Below the pieces are notes generated by a model that worked only from the letters and a program-made list of their open reading frames with translations, was not told the DNA's origin and searched no databases. Of a stretch of DNA of 64,000 bases, positions 1 through 10,744 are shown in pieces. The stretch lies in NCBI RefSeq assembly GCF_018350175.1, contig NC_058382.1:58654001-58718000 (forward strand), given 5' to 3'. Positions within the stretch are counted from its first letter, which is position 1. Each line of letters starts with the position of its first letter. The translations under genes and the position numbers were made by a program. This DNA comes from Felis catus. Taxonomy: Eukaryota.

Positions 1-769
1 TTCGTTCTCCGCTGTCCCAGCAACACACTGAGGGTGACTCTTACAGGCCTGGTCATGTGGCATCTGAGCCCCCCACTGTGACTTGCGCTATCTGGGCCTG
101 GGTCCTGTGTTTGCGCCTGAAGCTGGGGGGTGGCGTCATCCACACCTGAACCTCAAGGAGAGAAAGGACAGTCCCCCAGAGGAAACAGAGACGCTAATCC
201 CTGAAGCGGGAGTAACAGCGGCCGGGCGGTCAGATAAAGGCTGTCCACTACCGTGCCAGAAATGCCACCATTTGATACACTCCTTTCAAGGCCCTCCAAA
301 GACCAGGGTCTCTTTCCTGTGTCCTAACCTTTTGCTGCTCTGATGCGAGATCATTGCCAGCACTTGGGGACTGGGGTTTAGCGCTTGCAGGGACTTGAGG
401 TCCTGGAGCAGGGCACAAGGAAGCCAGGAGGGAGAGAGAATTCTGGAGCTCAGGAAGCCTGAGTGGGAGGCTCTGGCATTCAGAGGATAGCGTGAGAGCC
501 CTGGTGTGGGTGCTGGAAGTTTCCAAACAGAGAGAGAGGCTTATGGACAGGCTGCGTGATTTCACAATTCTGCTCCTGGGTCAGCCCCGTCACGGCAGGA
601 CTTTTGAGCACATTCTCAGCCACTCCAGGCCGAGCTCTGGCTTCCATGTGCGACGACAGCTCATTCCAGGTGGAGCCGATTCCACGACCAACAGATGTGT
701 CTCTGTTTATACTCGTTGCCTCACACCACCAATCCTCCTAGGTTCGGCTTTCATGTTGTGGCCTCCTCC

Positions 770-870
770 TGCAGGCTGGAATCTCCAAGAACATGAGGAG
801 CATGTGTGGTTTGATCAGTATCGTCTCTCCAGGGCCTGGCACACAGCTGGTGCTCGATGAGCGCTTGGAT
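770..870 (+). mobile_element. L2 LINE 3' end
   Basis: 'ctccagggcctggcacacagctggtgctcgatgagcgcttggatggatg' resembles the L2 3' terminus (cctggcacatagtaggcgctcaataaatatttgttgaatgaatg). Confidence 0.65.
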
Positions 871-1990
871 GGATGATGGATGGGTGGTTGAGTAGATGCT
901 GGATCGAATGGCTCTGTGGATGGGTGGGTGGGTGAATAGCTGGGTGGGTGGCTGGTTGGGTAGGTAACTGGGTGGGTGGGTGGCTGGCTGGGTGGTTGGC
1001 TGGGTGGGTGGGTGGTTGAGTGGGTGGATGGCTGGGTGTGTGTGTGGGTAGCTGGGTGTGTGGGTAGCTGGGTGTGTGGATGGGTGGGTAGCTGGGTGGG
1101 TGGGTGGCTGGTTGGGTGGTTGGCTGGGTGGGTGGGTGGTTGGGTGGGTAGATGGCTGGTTAGCTGGGTAGCTGGGTGGGTGGATGGCTGGTTGGGTGGT
1201 TGGCTGGGTGGGTGGGTGGTTGAGTGGGTGGATGGCTGGGTGTGTGTGTGTGGGTAGCTGGGTGGGTGGGTAGCTGGGTGGGTGGGTGGCTGGTTGGGTG
1301 GTTGGCTGGGTGGGTGGGTGGTTAGGTGGGTAGATGGCTGGTTAGCTGGGTAGCTGGGTGGGTGGATGGCTGGTTGGGTGGTTGGCTGGGTGGGTGGGTG
1401 GTTGAGTGGGTGGATGGCTGGGTGTGTGTGTGTGGGTAGCTGGGTGGGTGGGTAGCTGGGTGGGTGGGTGGCTGGGTGGGTGGGTGGTTGGGTGGGTGGG
1501 TGGTTGGGTGGGTAGATGGCTGGTTAGCTGGGTAGCTGGGTGGGTGGATGGCTGGTTGGGTGGTTGGCTGGGTGGGTGGATGGTTGAGTGGGTGGATGGC
1601 TGGGTGTGTGTGTGTGGGTAGCTGGGTGGGTGGCTGGGTGGGTGGTTGGCTGGGTGGTTGGGTGGGTAGATGGCTGGTTAGCTGGGTAGCTGGGTGGGTG
1701 GATGGCTGGTTGGGTGGTTGGCTGGGTGGGTGGATGGTTGAGTGGGTGGATGGCTGGGTGTGTGTGTGTGGGTAGCTGGGTGGGTGGCTGGGTGGGTGGG
1801 TGGCTGGGTGGGTGGTTGGCTGGGTGGTTGGGTGGGTAGATGGCTGGTTAGCTGGGTAGCTGGGTGGGTGGATGGCTGGTTGGGTGGTTGGCTGGGTGGG
1901 TGGATGGTTGAGTGGGTGGATGGCTGGGTGTGTGTGCGGGTAGCTGGATGTGTGGGTAGCTGGGTGGGTGGATGGTTGGGTGGGTAGATG
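866..1990 (+). repeat. (GGGT/GGAT/GGCT)n-based array with ~150-200 bp higher-order unit
   Basis: Marker 'ttgagtgggtggatggctgggtgtgtg' recurs at 1016, 1220, 1402, 1584, 1738 and 1908. Confidence 0.95.
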
Positions 1991-2024
1991 ACTGCATGAA
2001 GCTTAGCTGGGGGCAGAATCACGT

Positions 2025-2255
2025 GACTGTTAAAGTCAGGATCTCTGAAGCCAGACGCCTGGGTTTAAGTCCCATCTCTGCTATTTGCTAGTTAGCTGAC
2101 CTTGAGTAGATCTTTAGCCTCATCGGTACCCCTTTTCTGATCAATCAAATGTGGACAGTACCAGTACTGTCTCGAAGGTTGTGAAGCTGGTATGAGAGGC
2201 TGCATACGAAAACACTGTGCTCTTTCCCCGGCACACAGGTAGGGCTCAGTGACCA
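2025..2255 (+). mobile_element. MIR SINE
   Basis: 'ctctgaagccagacgcctgggtttaagtcccatctctgctatttgctagttagctgaccttgag...' follows the MIR layout. Confidence 0.7.
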
Positions 2256-2274
2256 TGGCCTCCCCTGTGCTTCG

Positions 2275-2396
2275 TCATTTTCAGCCAATATTTATTGATC
2301 CCCGGGTGCTACATTGCTAGGTGCTTTCCGGGCAGCGGGGCCCCAGCGGAGGATAATAAGGCATTCCTGCCCGCCAAGAGCTGACATTCTTAGAGA
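2275..2396 (-). mobile_element. L2 3' fragment
   Basis: 'aatatttattga...cctgcccgccaagagctgacattct' resembles the reverse complement of the L2 tail. Confidence 0.6.
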
Positions 2397-2559
2397 GTGC
2401 ATTTCCCCCCGCTTGCTTTTTAAGCACTTACTATAATTCACATGTATTTTTTTTATTCCCGTCTTTCTTTTTTTTCACAAGCTTCCCCCGCACTAGCTCT
2501 ACCGTCCAGAAGGCAAGGGCCTTTCCTGTTTTGTCCACAGCTGGATATCAAAGAGAGAA

Positions 2560-3305
2560 GAAATGATTATTCTCCTTCCAGTTACTCAGGCCAAAAGCCC
2601 CGGGGTCGGCCTTGTTCCTCCGTCCTTCAAGTGCCACGTTCAGTCTCAAGCAGATCCCGCTGGCCCCAGTCCAGCTCTCTCTGCCACCTCCCTCTGGCCT
2701 CTCTGGTCTAAGCCCCCCTCCGTCCTCACCCCAATACCTGCTGGCTTCTCCCCGCTTCCGTCTGCCCCGCACTCTGTTCCCGTGTTAGCCAGACGCTCAG
2801 ATGAAAAGCCGGGACACGTCAACCCAGCACACGCTGCCGTGAAGCCACGACCGCCAGCCCCCGGGTACCCAGCCTCTCCCCGATCCTGTCCATTACACCC
2901 CAGACGCCTCTCTGCTCCAGCTGTGGGGCCCTGTGGATGCTCTGGTGCTCCAGGCTCGCGTCTGCTTCAGCACTCAGTGCATTCTGTTCCCTCTGGAATG
3001 TTCTCCCCAGGCATCGGCAAGTTCTTCCCTCCCCTCCTCCTGGGTTTATTCAGTCCCGACCCCTTTTCGGTGAGGGCTTCCCTGGCCTTGCAAGCTCAGA
3101 GTTCAGGATTCCCGCTCCTGACCCTCCTGTCCCCGCTGCTCGGACGGCTCTCCTTCCTTAGCGCGTGGATCTGGAACACGGGATGTTTCGTCATCTGTTT
3201 CTCCGGCGAGAGGGTGAGTTCTGGTGAGGAAGACACTTTGGGTTCACAGTTGCGTCCTCAGCGCCCCGTGCAGGGTGGCCATGGGGTCAACGCTCAGCAA
3301 AGATC
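2560..3305 (+). mobile_element. L2 LINE 3' region
   Basis: 'ccagttactcaggccaaaagccccggggtc', 'ctgttccctctggaatgttctcccc' and a tail-like end near 3290 are typical L2 landmarks. Confidence 0.75.
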
Positions 3306-4889
3306 GGGCGGGATGTCACCACTCCCGCTACTGTGCTATCAGCGCCTGGGGCAATCTTTTCGTCTCCGGGGATACCCCGACTGGGGTGCTTGTCCGCACC
3401 CCGGATCCCGTGTACCTGGGCACCAGCTTCTTGTACAAATGACTTCTTTCGCACTTTCGTTTCCAAGCTGTAAATGGGCGGGGGGTTGGCGGAAGCCCCT
3501 CCGAGGTCCTCCCCGGTTCAAATGCTCTAAGGCTGTGCCATGGCCTCCAAGGTGGCTCAGCTCCCGAGAGACACGACGCGCCCTAATCCCTGGCACCCGT
3601 GCCCGTGACCTTATTTGACAAAGGAGCGACTGTTGCCTTGTCTGACAAAAAATATGCAATTAAGTTAGTGGTCCTGAGAGGAGGGGCCGGTCCCGTGTCA
3701 CCCAGGGGGGCCCTGGATCTGGTGACAGATGTCCCCGTGGCGCACGTGGAGCAGGACAGGGGGAAAGACGGAGTGGGGCTGGGCCCGCGCCAGGGGATGC
3801 GTGTTTGCTGAGCTTCCTCTGCCGGGCTCACGGCCCCCTCGTCCTTGGACGTGGGCCCCCTTCTCCCCTCTGGGGTGGGGGGTGTCCTTCACGGGCCCCT
3901 GATTTCTGCTTCGTTCTGCAGATGGCCCAGAGCAGCCACTGTGACTGGTCACCCTGAAATCTCTCTGGCTCTGGGGTCAAACCTCAGGAAGCAGGGGAAG
4001 GGCAGAGAAGCACCCCAAGGCATGATCGGACCACAGACGAGGAGACCGCCACATCCACCTCCACGGCCCTCCCCGTGGTCTCTCCAGGGGTCACTGCAGC
4101 CTGCCCTCCTCTCCCGGCAGGCTTAAAGGAAATTAAGGGGGTGAATCCAAGAGTCAGGAGGGACACAGGGAAGACCGGAAGTCTGGGACCAGGGGATCTG
4201 GGGGGACGGGTGTGGGTGCAGCGGATGTGGCCTTGGCCGGCACTTGGCCAACAGCCGGTCGGCTCCAAGAGGGGCTCTCGGGAAGCAGGCCGCCGTAAAC
4301 CTCTTCTCGGCACGTCTCCTGTGCCAGTGTGTTTTCGTTCTTGGGGGCTGAATACACCTAGGCGTGGGACCCACCCGGCTCAGGCTGAACCGTGCCGGAG
4401 ATCAGCGGGCCGTTCACAGCCGGTTTCCTTTTCTTCCCCGGAGCCCAGCCTGCGCGCGTTCCGCAGGGGCCCTCGCGGTCAGGTGAGGCCGTGCGCCAGA
4501 CTGCGTCAACGGAACGTGAGCAAAAACGACGAGAGCCACCTCCAGGCCACACCTCCCGCCATCCTCGGTGCCCTTCTCCCTTCCGCTGGCCCGGCTCAGA
4601 TACACCTGTCGACCTCGGAAGCCGATGACGGAAGAGACGGAGCCACGAGACAAGGGGGATGTGGGTCTCCGATCGCTGTGGGGATGAGGGCCACTCATCT
4701 CGGGCCCTCCGGGAACAAGAAGGGACCCTCTCCAGACAGACGCTGGCCTTTCCACTTGCAGCTCAGCGTTTCTTTGCTCCCGCAGGTGCTTACTCTTGGA
4801 AGACACCCCCACCCAGAGGACGAAGGAGGCCACAGAACTTCATGGGAACAGCACCCATCTGAAAGCAGGTGATGCCTGACCAGGAGTGA

Positions 4890-4990
4890 CCCCAAGCATG
4901 GCCTTGAGCTTTCTGGATCTCAGTTTCCTCATCTGCAAAATGGGAGGTCACCCCAAAGTCCATCCTTTCCTGATTTCTGGGAAGCAGGCT
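4890..4990 (+). mobile_element. MIR core fragment
   Basis: 'ctcagtttcctcatctgcaaaatggg' MIR core. Confidence 0.75.
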
Positions 4991-5069
4991 GGCAGGTGTT
5001 GGAACATGGACACCTTCTCCGTTGATTCCTCCGTGTGGCCGAGCTGGGGAGCCCGGGTTAATCTGGAGC

Positions 5070-5225
5070 AGAGCTTCTGAGTGGGTCCCCAGACCCGCAG
5101 CATCAGCATCACCCGGGAGCTTGCTGGAAATGCAGATTCTGGACCAGAAAGTCTGGGGGTGGGGCCATCTGCACATGAACAGGCCTTCTGGGTGATTCTG
5201 ATGGGGCTGCAGTTGGTCTAGAAGG
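5070..5225 (+). mobile_element. MER5A-like hAT-Charlie element (internally deleted)
   Basis: 'gcagcatcagcatcacccgggagcttgctggaaatgcagattct...ctgggggtggggcc...ggtgattctgatg'. Confidence 0.8.
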
Positions 5226-5886
5226 TTCTCAGGAGCAAGGGAAAACACCCCCTCTTTCCTCCCTGAGCAAGCCCCGGGGGTGAGCGGACACGCCCTTCGG
5301 AGACCCAAACAGGCCACACAGCCCAGCGCGGGGTCCTCTCTGCCTGATGGTTTCCAGTGAGGCAGCCGGGCCCGGGCCCCCTCAGGAGGGTGCAGAGGCA
5401 AAGGGAGGTGACGGGCTCTGAGAAGGGCCTCCCGGGGGAAGGGAGGGGAGGCGGGCCTCCGCGGTCCTCACAGGTCCTCCCACGCCCCTGCCAAGGCCCT
5501 GGCACGCACAGTTGCTTTAACCTGCACCCTCTCTCACTCAGCAGGTGCTCCTGTCCCCTCTCTGTGGTGGCTCTCCAAGCAACGGTCACCACCGCGTCTG
5601 GGGCGCAGGCGCATCCCGCCTGGGCAGTCGGGGGCTCAAGTGCCTGCCGGGCCCCGGCCCCGCCGCCCCAGGGCTCATTAGGCCGCATCTGGATCTAATT
5701 AGCCGCGGGGCCTCCGCGAGCCGAGGGCCGCCTTTATCATCCGCAGGGCAGAGCCCAGACGGGAGAGGAATGGCTGTGATACGCGCTGCTTCCTGTGTGT
5801 CGGTGGCAGCATTAGCGATGGTTCGGGGCGGGGAGGGAGAACCCGCCCCGCTTCCCTCCGCGAGCTGGCCCGGAGGGTGTGCCAAG

Positions 5887-5970
5887 GGCCCGGCCCCCAG
5901 ACCTCCTGGTCCAGGATCTGCATTTCCAGCGAGCTCCCGGGTGATGCTGATGCCGGGGGTCGGGGGACCC
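5887..5970 (-). mobile_element. MER5A-like fragment, inverted partner of 5083-5166
   Basis: Its reverse complement aligns without gaps to 5083-5166 with 9 mismatches in 84 nt. Confidence 0.85.
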
Positions 5971-7224
5971 CAGGCGGAGAGGCGCTCTGCTCCACATGAA
6001 GCCGGGCTCCCCAGCCTGGCCTCATGTGGGAATCAGCCGGGAGCTGCCCGGATTGCGCACGCCGCAGGGAGAAGCCAGCACCTCGGTCTCCGCGCGGGCA
6101 CTCAACGCCTTTCCTTTCGGTGGCTCAGAACCGCCTATTCAAGGATGGCGGCAGAAGGAAAACTATTCCCAGCACGGATCCTGCGATCCTGAAGGCAACA
6201 GCAGGCGAGCGCCCTGAAACCCGGAGGACGGGGGCCGACCTGATCGACACCTGCTCCCGTGTCCCGGCTCCAAGCGCTTGGGCCCTCCTAACACGAGCCC
6301 CACGCGGTTGACTTCCCCGCTGGCTTTGCTTTCCAGAGTGTCTGTGCCCTGCGGGCAGGGAGCTTGTCTGTCTGTTCTGCTCCTGGTGGGCAGAGTGAAG
6401 GAGGGGCGGAGGCGGAAGCCGGCACGCGGACCCACACTCACCGCCGTGGCATCCGGAGAAATTCAAAATATGTCCCAAACCCTCTGAGAAATGTGCAAGT
6501 CATTTCGGAAAAAAAAAAAAATTTTCCATAAAAACGGTTGCAATAAAACAAGTTTTGTTGATTAAAGCGGCACACACCATGTGGGGGCCTGATTAAGTGG
6601 CTCGCCGAGCTGCAGTGTGGTCACGGACAGTTCTGTCGCCTGGGAAACCGACCAACGGGCTCGGTGGCCCAGGTTCCAGCCCTGTTGCTAAGTTAGACGT
6701 TGAACTTGCAGTACGGTTTTCGACGGGAAGCAACGCTCCGCGTCCTCGTGTTTAACGTTGGAAATCGCTAACGTGCTTGGCTCTCGTCTCTACCTCGTCT
6801 CCGCCTTCCATCCCCTTGCCGAGGTGGCTCCGCTTCCGATCTCATCGGAAGGTGCATCTGGGGCCACCTGGCTCGATTCCCGCGGGCAGGACCCTGTCTC
6901 TGCACCAGCGAGGATCTCACCGCGACAGCAAACCCCAGCCCCTTTCCTGACGTGAAAAGCCAAGTGTCAAGGTAACACTGCTTTTCTGGCTGAAGGTCGT
7001 GCACCAGGTTTTAGCGAGGGAAAAGAATAAAAACATTACCCATCCAGCAGCATCAAATTGGGGATTTCCTCTGTGTATTTAAAAACATACTCTGAGGTCG
7101 TGACCCTCTTGGGGGTTCATATTTTTCTTTGCCAGCCACATATGTGTAATTAAAGCCCGCATTTGAAATGAGGACAGGAGACCTACGGCCACTTTCTCAC
7201 ACGTTCCCTCGAACCAGCTTCTTC

Positions 7225-7320
7225 CTTCCCGGAGCCCCCCTCCTCCTCCTCTCCCTGTCCCTCCCCGTCTCCCCTCCTCCCCTTCCTCCCACCACCCTCT
7301 CCTCTACCTCCTCCTTCTCC
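7225..7320 (+). repeat. CT-rich low-complexity tract
   Basis: Nearly pure pyrimidine cctcct/ccct runs. Confidence 0.8.
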
Positions 7321-7464
7321 ACTTAGATTTGGAGAGCTGAGGGCCAGGCTGGGGCTAAGAGCTTCTTCTGGTGGCTAAACAGCAGCGACAAAAGCCGACA
7401 CTGGGGGCGCACGCGACCCTGGGGGTGCCTGACGCTCGGAAGCCTCACCGCTGCTGTAGGGGCT

Positions 7465-7560
7465 GGACCCATTTATTATCCGCATTTTGCAAATAAGGAA
7501 AATGAGACCTGTGAGGTCAGGAAGTCACGCAGCTCGGATGTGACCTTGGACCCCAGAACT
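7465..7560 (-). mobile_element. MIR fragment
   Basis: 'attatccgcattttgcaaataaggaaaatgagac' reverse MIR core. Confidence 0.55.
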
Positions 7561-8029
7561 GGCGCTTGCAGGGCAGCAGGGGGAGGTGAGGTGAGCACGT
7601 TCCCATGCAGTGTCCTTCAGAGCCGGTGGTGGTCTCCGACAGCCTCCTGTCTGACCACCTCCTGCGACAGGTGCCGAGGCCGGGGTCTGCGAGGGGCCCA
7701 CCGGCAGCGGACCAGGGGCCACGCCGGGTTCCTCGAGCCCGTCTCCTCTCCTCCCTCTCTTGCCTTGCCACCTCGATCTGCGGATCAGGGTGAGGGCAGG
7801 GGGTGAGGTGAGGGGGCCCTGCGGGGGCTCCCCGGGCCGCCTGTGGCCCTCCCTGCGCGGACCCCCGATAGCTCCGTCACTGTGGGCAAGCCGGGAATGC
7901 TGCTTAGGAGTAAGTCAGAGGGAGAAAGAAAAGGGTCTAGAAACTTCTTGAGACGCCAGTACCTTCTCAAAAACAAAGTTAGCTGCAAGGATCTGTGTTG
8001 AAAACAAGGGACTCTGGTCTCTGCAAGGA

Positions 8030-8555
8030 GTGGAGTTCTGGGTCACGCCCGCTCCTAGTGCCTGCCCAAGCAACGCAAACACACATCCACACCAACACTT
8101 GCACACAAATGCTCACGGCATTACTCACAACAGCCGAGAAGTGGAAACAACCCAGATGCCCATGAACCGATGAGTGGATAACTGAGGCGTGGCCTGGACC
8201 CACAGCCACGGCAGGGAACAAAGCCCTGACTCCCAGCTACCACGGGGGGCGAACCGGGGAACGCCGTGCCGGGCGAGAGAAGGCATTCGTGGGAGACCAC
8301 AGCCCGTGTGTTCCCTCCACAGAAAAGTCCAGAGCGGGTAGATGCACGGACACAGAAAGGAAGCCAGTGGTTGCCTGGGGCCGGGAGGGCAGGAGCCCCC
8401 ATTCCTGCCATTCGTTGCAAATGGGGACAGGCGTCCTTTTGGGGAGATGCACGTATTCTGGAATCAGATACTGGTGACAATTGCCCAGCACTGGGAACGC
8501 GTTCACCGCCCCTGAATCGCTCACTTTAAAGCAGTTAAATGTACATTTGACCTCA
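8030..8555 (+). mobile_element. Ancient L1 (L1MB-like) 3' end
   Basis: 'gaagtggaaacaacccagatgcccatg', 'ccagtggttgcctgggg' and 'ctgaatcgctcactttaaa' are L1M 3' landmarks. Confidence 0.85.
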
Positions 8556-10700
8556 ACCCAGCAGTAGGGCTCACGGTCACTTTTCAGCCCCACCCCGTCT
8601 CCACTGCCCCATCTGGGTCCCCCGAGTCTCCAGCCCTCACCCTCCTTTCCAGTTCGTCTTCACTCTGTGCCCGCAATAGGAGACCCACTGTGCGCACACA
8701 GGAGACCCACTGTGCGCAGGTTACCTGGGGTCCCCGTCCTCCTGACCTGGGCTGCACCCCGCGGTGCTCCACGCGGTCTGAGGTGGGGCCAGGTGCTGAA
8801 GGCCCCGCCCGTGGCTCTCGGGCGCGCCCGGGGCTGAGAGTCACGCTCTGAAAACGCTGAGTGTCCATGAGGACGTTGGGTACGACGGGGCCATCATTTC
8901 CACATCTACAAAATGCTGGTACCGTTTTTCTGTCCCTAGAAAGTACTTTCGGTTTAAGCAGAACTACTTTAAACATCTGACCTGAGACCTGACGCTGACT
9001 GCATTCTTTCCCCGTACCAGTCGCCGTCCGCAACGCCTCCTATGGGTCGGCCCGGAGGCCTGGAAACAACCCAGATGCCCATGAACCGATGAGTGGATAG
9101 ACTCCTAAGCAAGACCCAAGTCCCGTCATGGGTCTGAGGTCACCCGGCCAGCGCAGGGCTGGGCTCGGACCCCGGTGGGCGGCTCAGGGCACGTGGGCGT
9201 CACCGGCCGCGTCCGGCCCCGGTAGCCTCACCTGAGAGGTGTGACAGGTGCCTGGGTGGCTCATACTTCCCCAGCCCACGTGACGACGAACACGTGACTG
9301 CGGACACGGATAGGCGTCCTCTCGGCGCCCACCTGAATTCCCGGCAGGCCTCCGGAAGCAGACCGGGACAGTCCGCGACAGAGAGAGAGCACCTGTTCTG
9401 GCATCCACTTTAGGTTTCCATTCCAGCTGTGGGGCCTCGGCAAAGGTGCGTCGCCTCCCGAGCCCCAGGGTGTCAGTGTCTGTAAACGGGGACACTGCCA
9501 ACGGCGGTGACAGGCGGCGATGGGGTGTGGGGCGCTGAATGGAGGGGACGCGGTAACGCTCGGCAGGGGGGTTCCCAGCAGAGCCCGAGTTCCCGCTGTC
9601 GGCCTGGACCCGAAAGCCGGGGGGCCTGGGGGTCCCGCTCTCAACGGGTGGCTGGCAGGGCCAGTCAGGATGGGGCCAACGGAGACCTGAAAGAATTTTC
9701 TGGAATCGTAACCCCTCCTTCGGATCATCTTCGAGGCAATAAACTCTGGCTGCAGACCAAGGGTCCCCGGTGTCGTCTTACGACGAGACACCGGTCTGGT
9801 GGGGTCCCGCGCGGCCCCCAGGCCCCAGCTGGAGCTGCATTCTCCACACTGGCATCCGTCAGCGGCCCCCCCCAGAGTAAGGTGGACGTTTACCTGAGAC
9901 GATACAGTAAAATCAGGTGTCTGCGGAAAGGAAGTGCCAAATGCACCGAAACGTACCTGTTGGAGCCCCGAAAGGGAGCTTCCCGACTCCGTAGTCAGGG
10001 CCACTCCTGCACGGGCACCGTGTGTACCTTAAAGGGGTTGGCGCATTACGGCGAAAACCCCAAATGCTCTTCTCCCTGACGAACGCACCCGTAGGCAGAA
10101 GGGGGGTGACCGGCGGAGCCCCGGACCGGAAGGAGGGGCTCCCGTCCTCCCCGACAGCTCCGGGGCTCCGTCAGGGTCCTGCCCGCAAGCACTCTCCTTG
10201 CCAGCCTCCCGCCTCCCCGTCTGGGAGTCCTCAGGAGGTGACGTCCGCAGGTGATATCCGCCGTGCCCTCGCAGCAGCCCCTCCAGCCTCGGGGGTGCTG
10301 GCGTTTGCCAGTGTTATAATCACACAGGCGTGCGAAAGGCTCCTAAACAACCCAACAAATAGCGCCAGAACCTAACAGAAAAGCAGGCAAGGTGTGCCCG
10401 GGCAGAAGACGGAACCGGGTGTTAACGTGCCCGGAAAGGTGCGTGGGCTCGCCGACCCGCGGGAGTGGGGCCACTTCGACCACAAGTGACTTTCGTGCTA
10501 TTGACGAAGCCCCGTCGCGCGAGGACGCCTACGCTGAGCAGCGAGACTCTCCCCCAGAGCCCCGGTGGCACGGCGACCCGGCCAGAGCCGGCAAGCCTGA
10601 AGATAAGTAGCACTTTGGAGGAATTCTCGCAAATGCGCATTTCGTGCAACTGTCCCGGAGCTGCCGCCCCTCACACCCCCCTGCCCATGGGACCGACCAG

Positions 10701-10703
<3 letters not shown>

Positions 10704-10740
<37 letters not shown>
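10704..10740 (+). repeat. (GT)~18 microsatellite
   Basis: Direct reading. Confidence 0.97.

Positions 10741-10744
<4 letters not shown>

Noticed and set aside
976..2022. W/G/V-rich and P/T/H-rich ORFs
   Set aside because: Translations of the GGGT array, not proteins.
2563..3618. 351-aa ORF
   Set aside because: Lies mostly within an L2 remnant; GC-rich stop-poor frame with no recognisable domain.
4786..4868. Possible 83-nt exon (good acceptor tctttgctcccgcag)
   Set aside because: Donor gtgatg is weak, the peptide is unrecognisable and no partner exon is supported.
8678..8718. 19-bp direct repeat aggagacccactgtgcgca, period 22
   Set aside because: Ordinary two-copy slippage duplication; not CRISPR-like.
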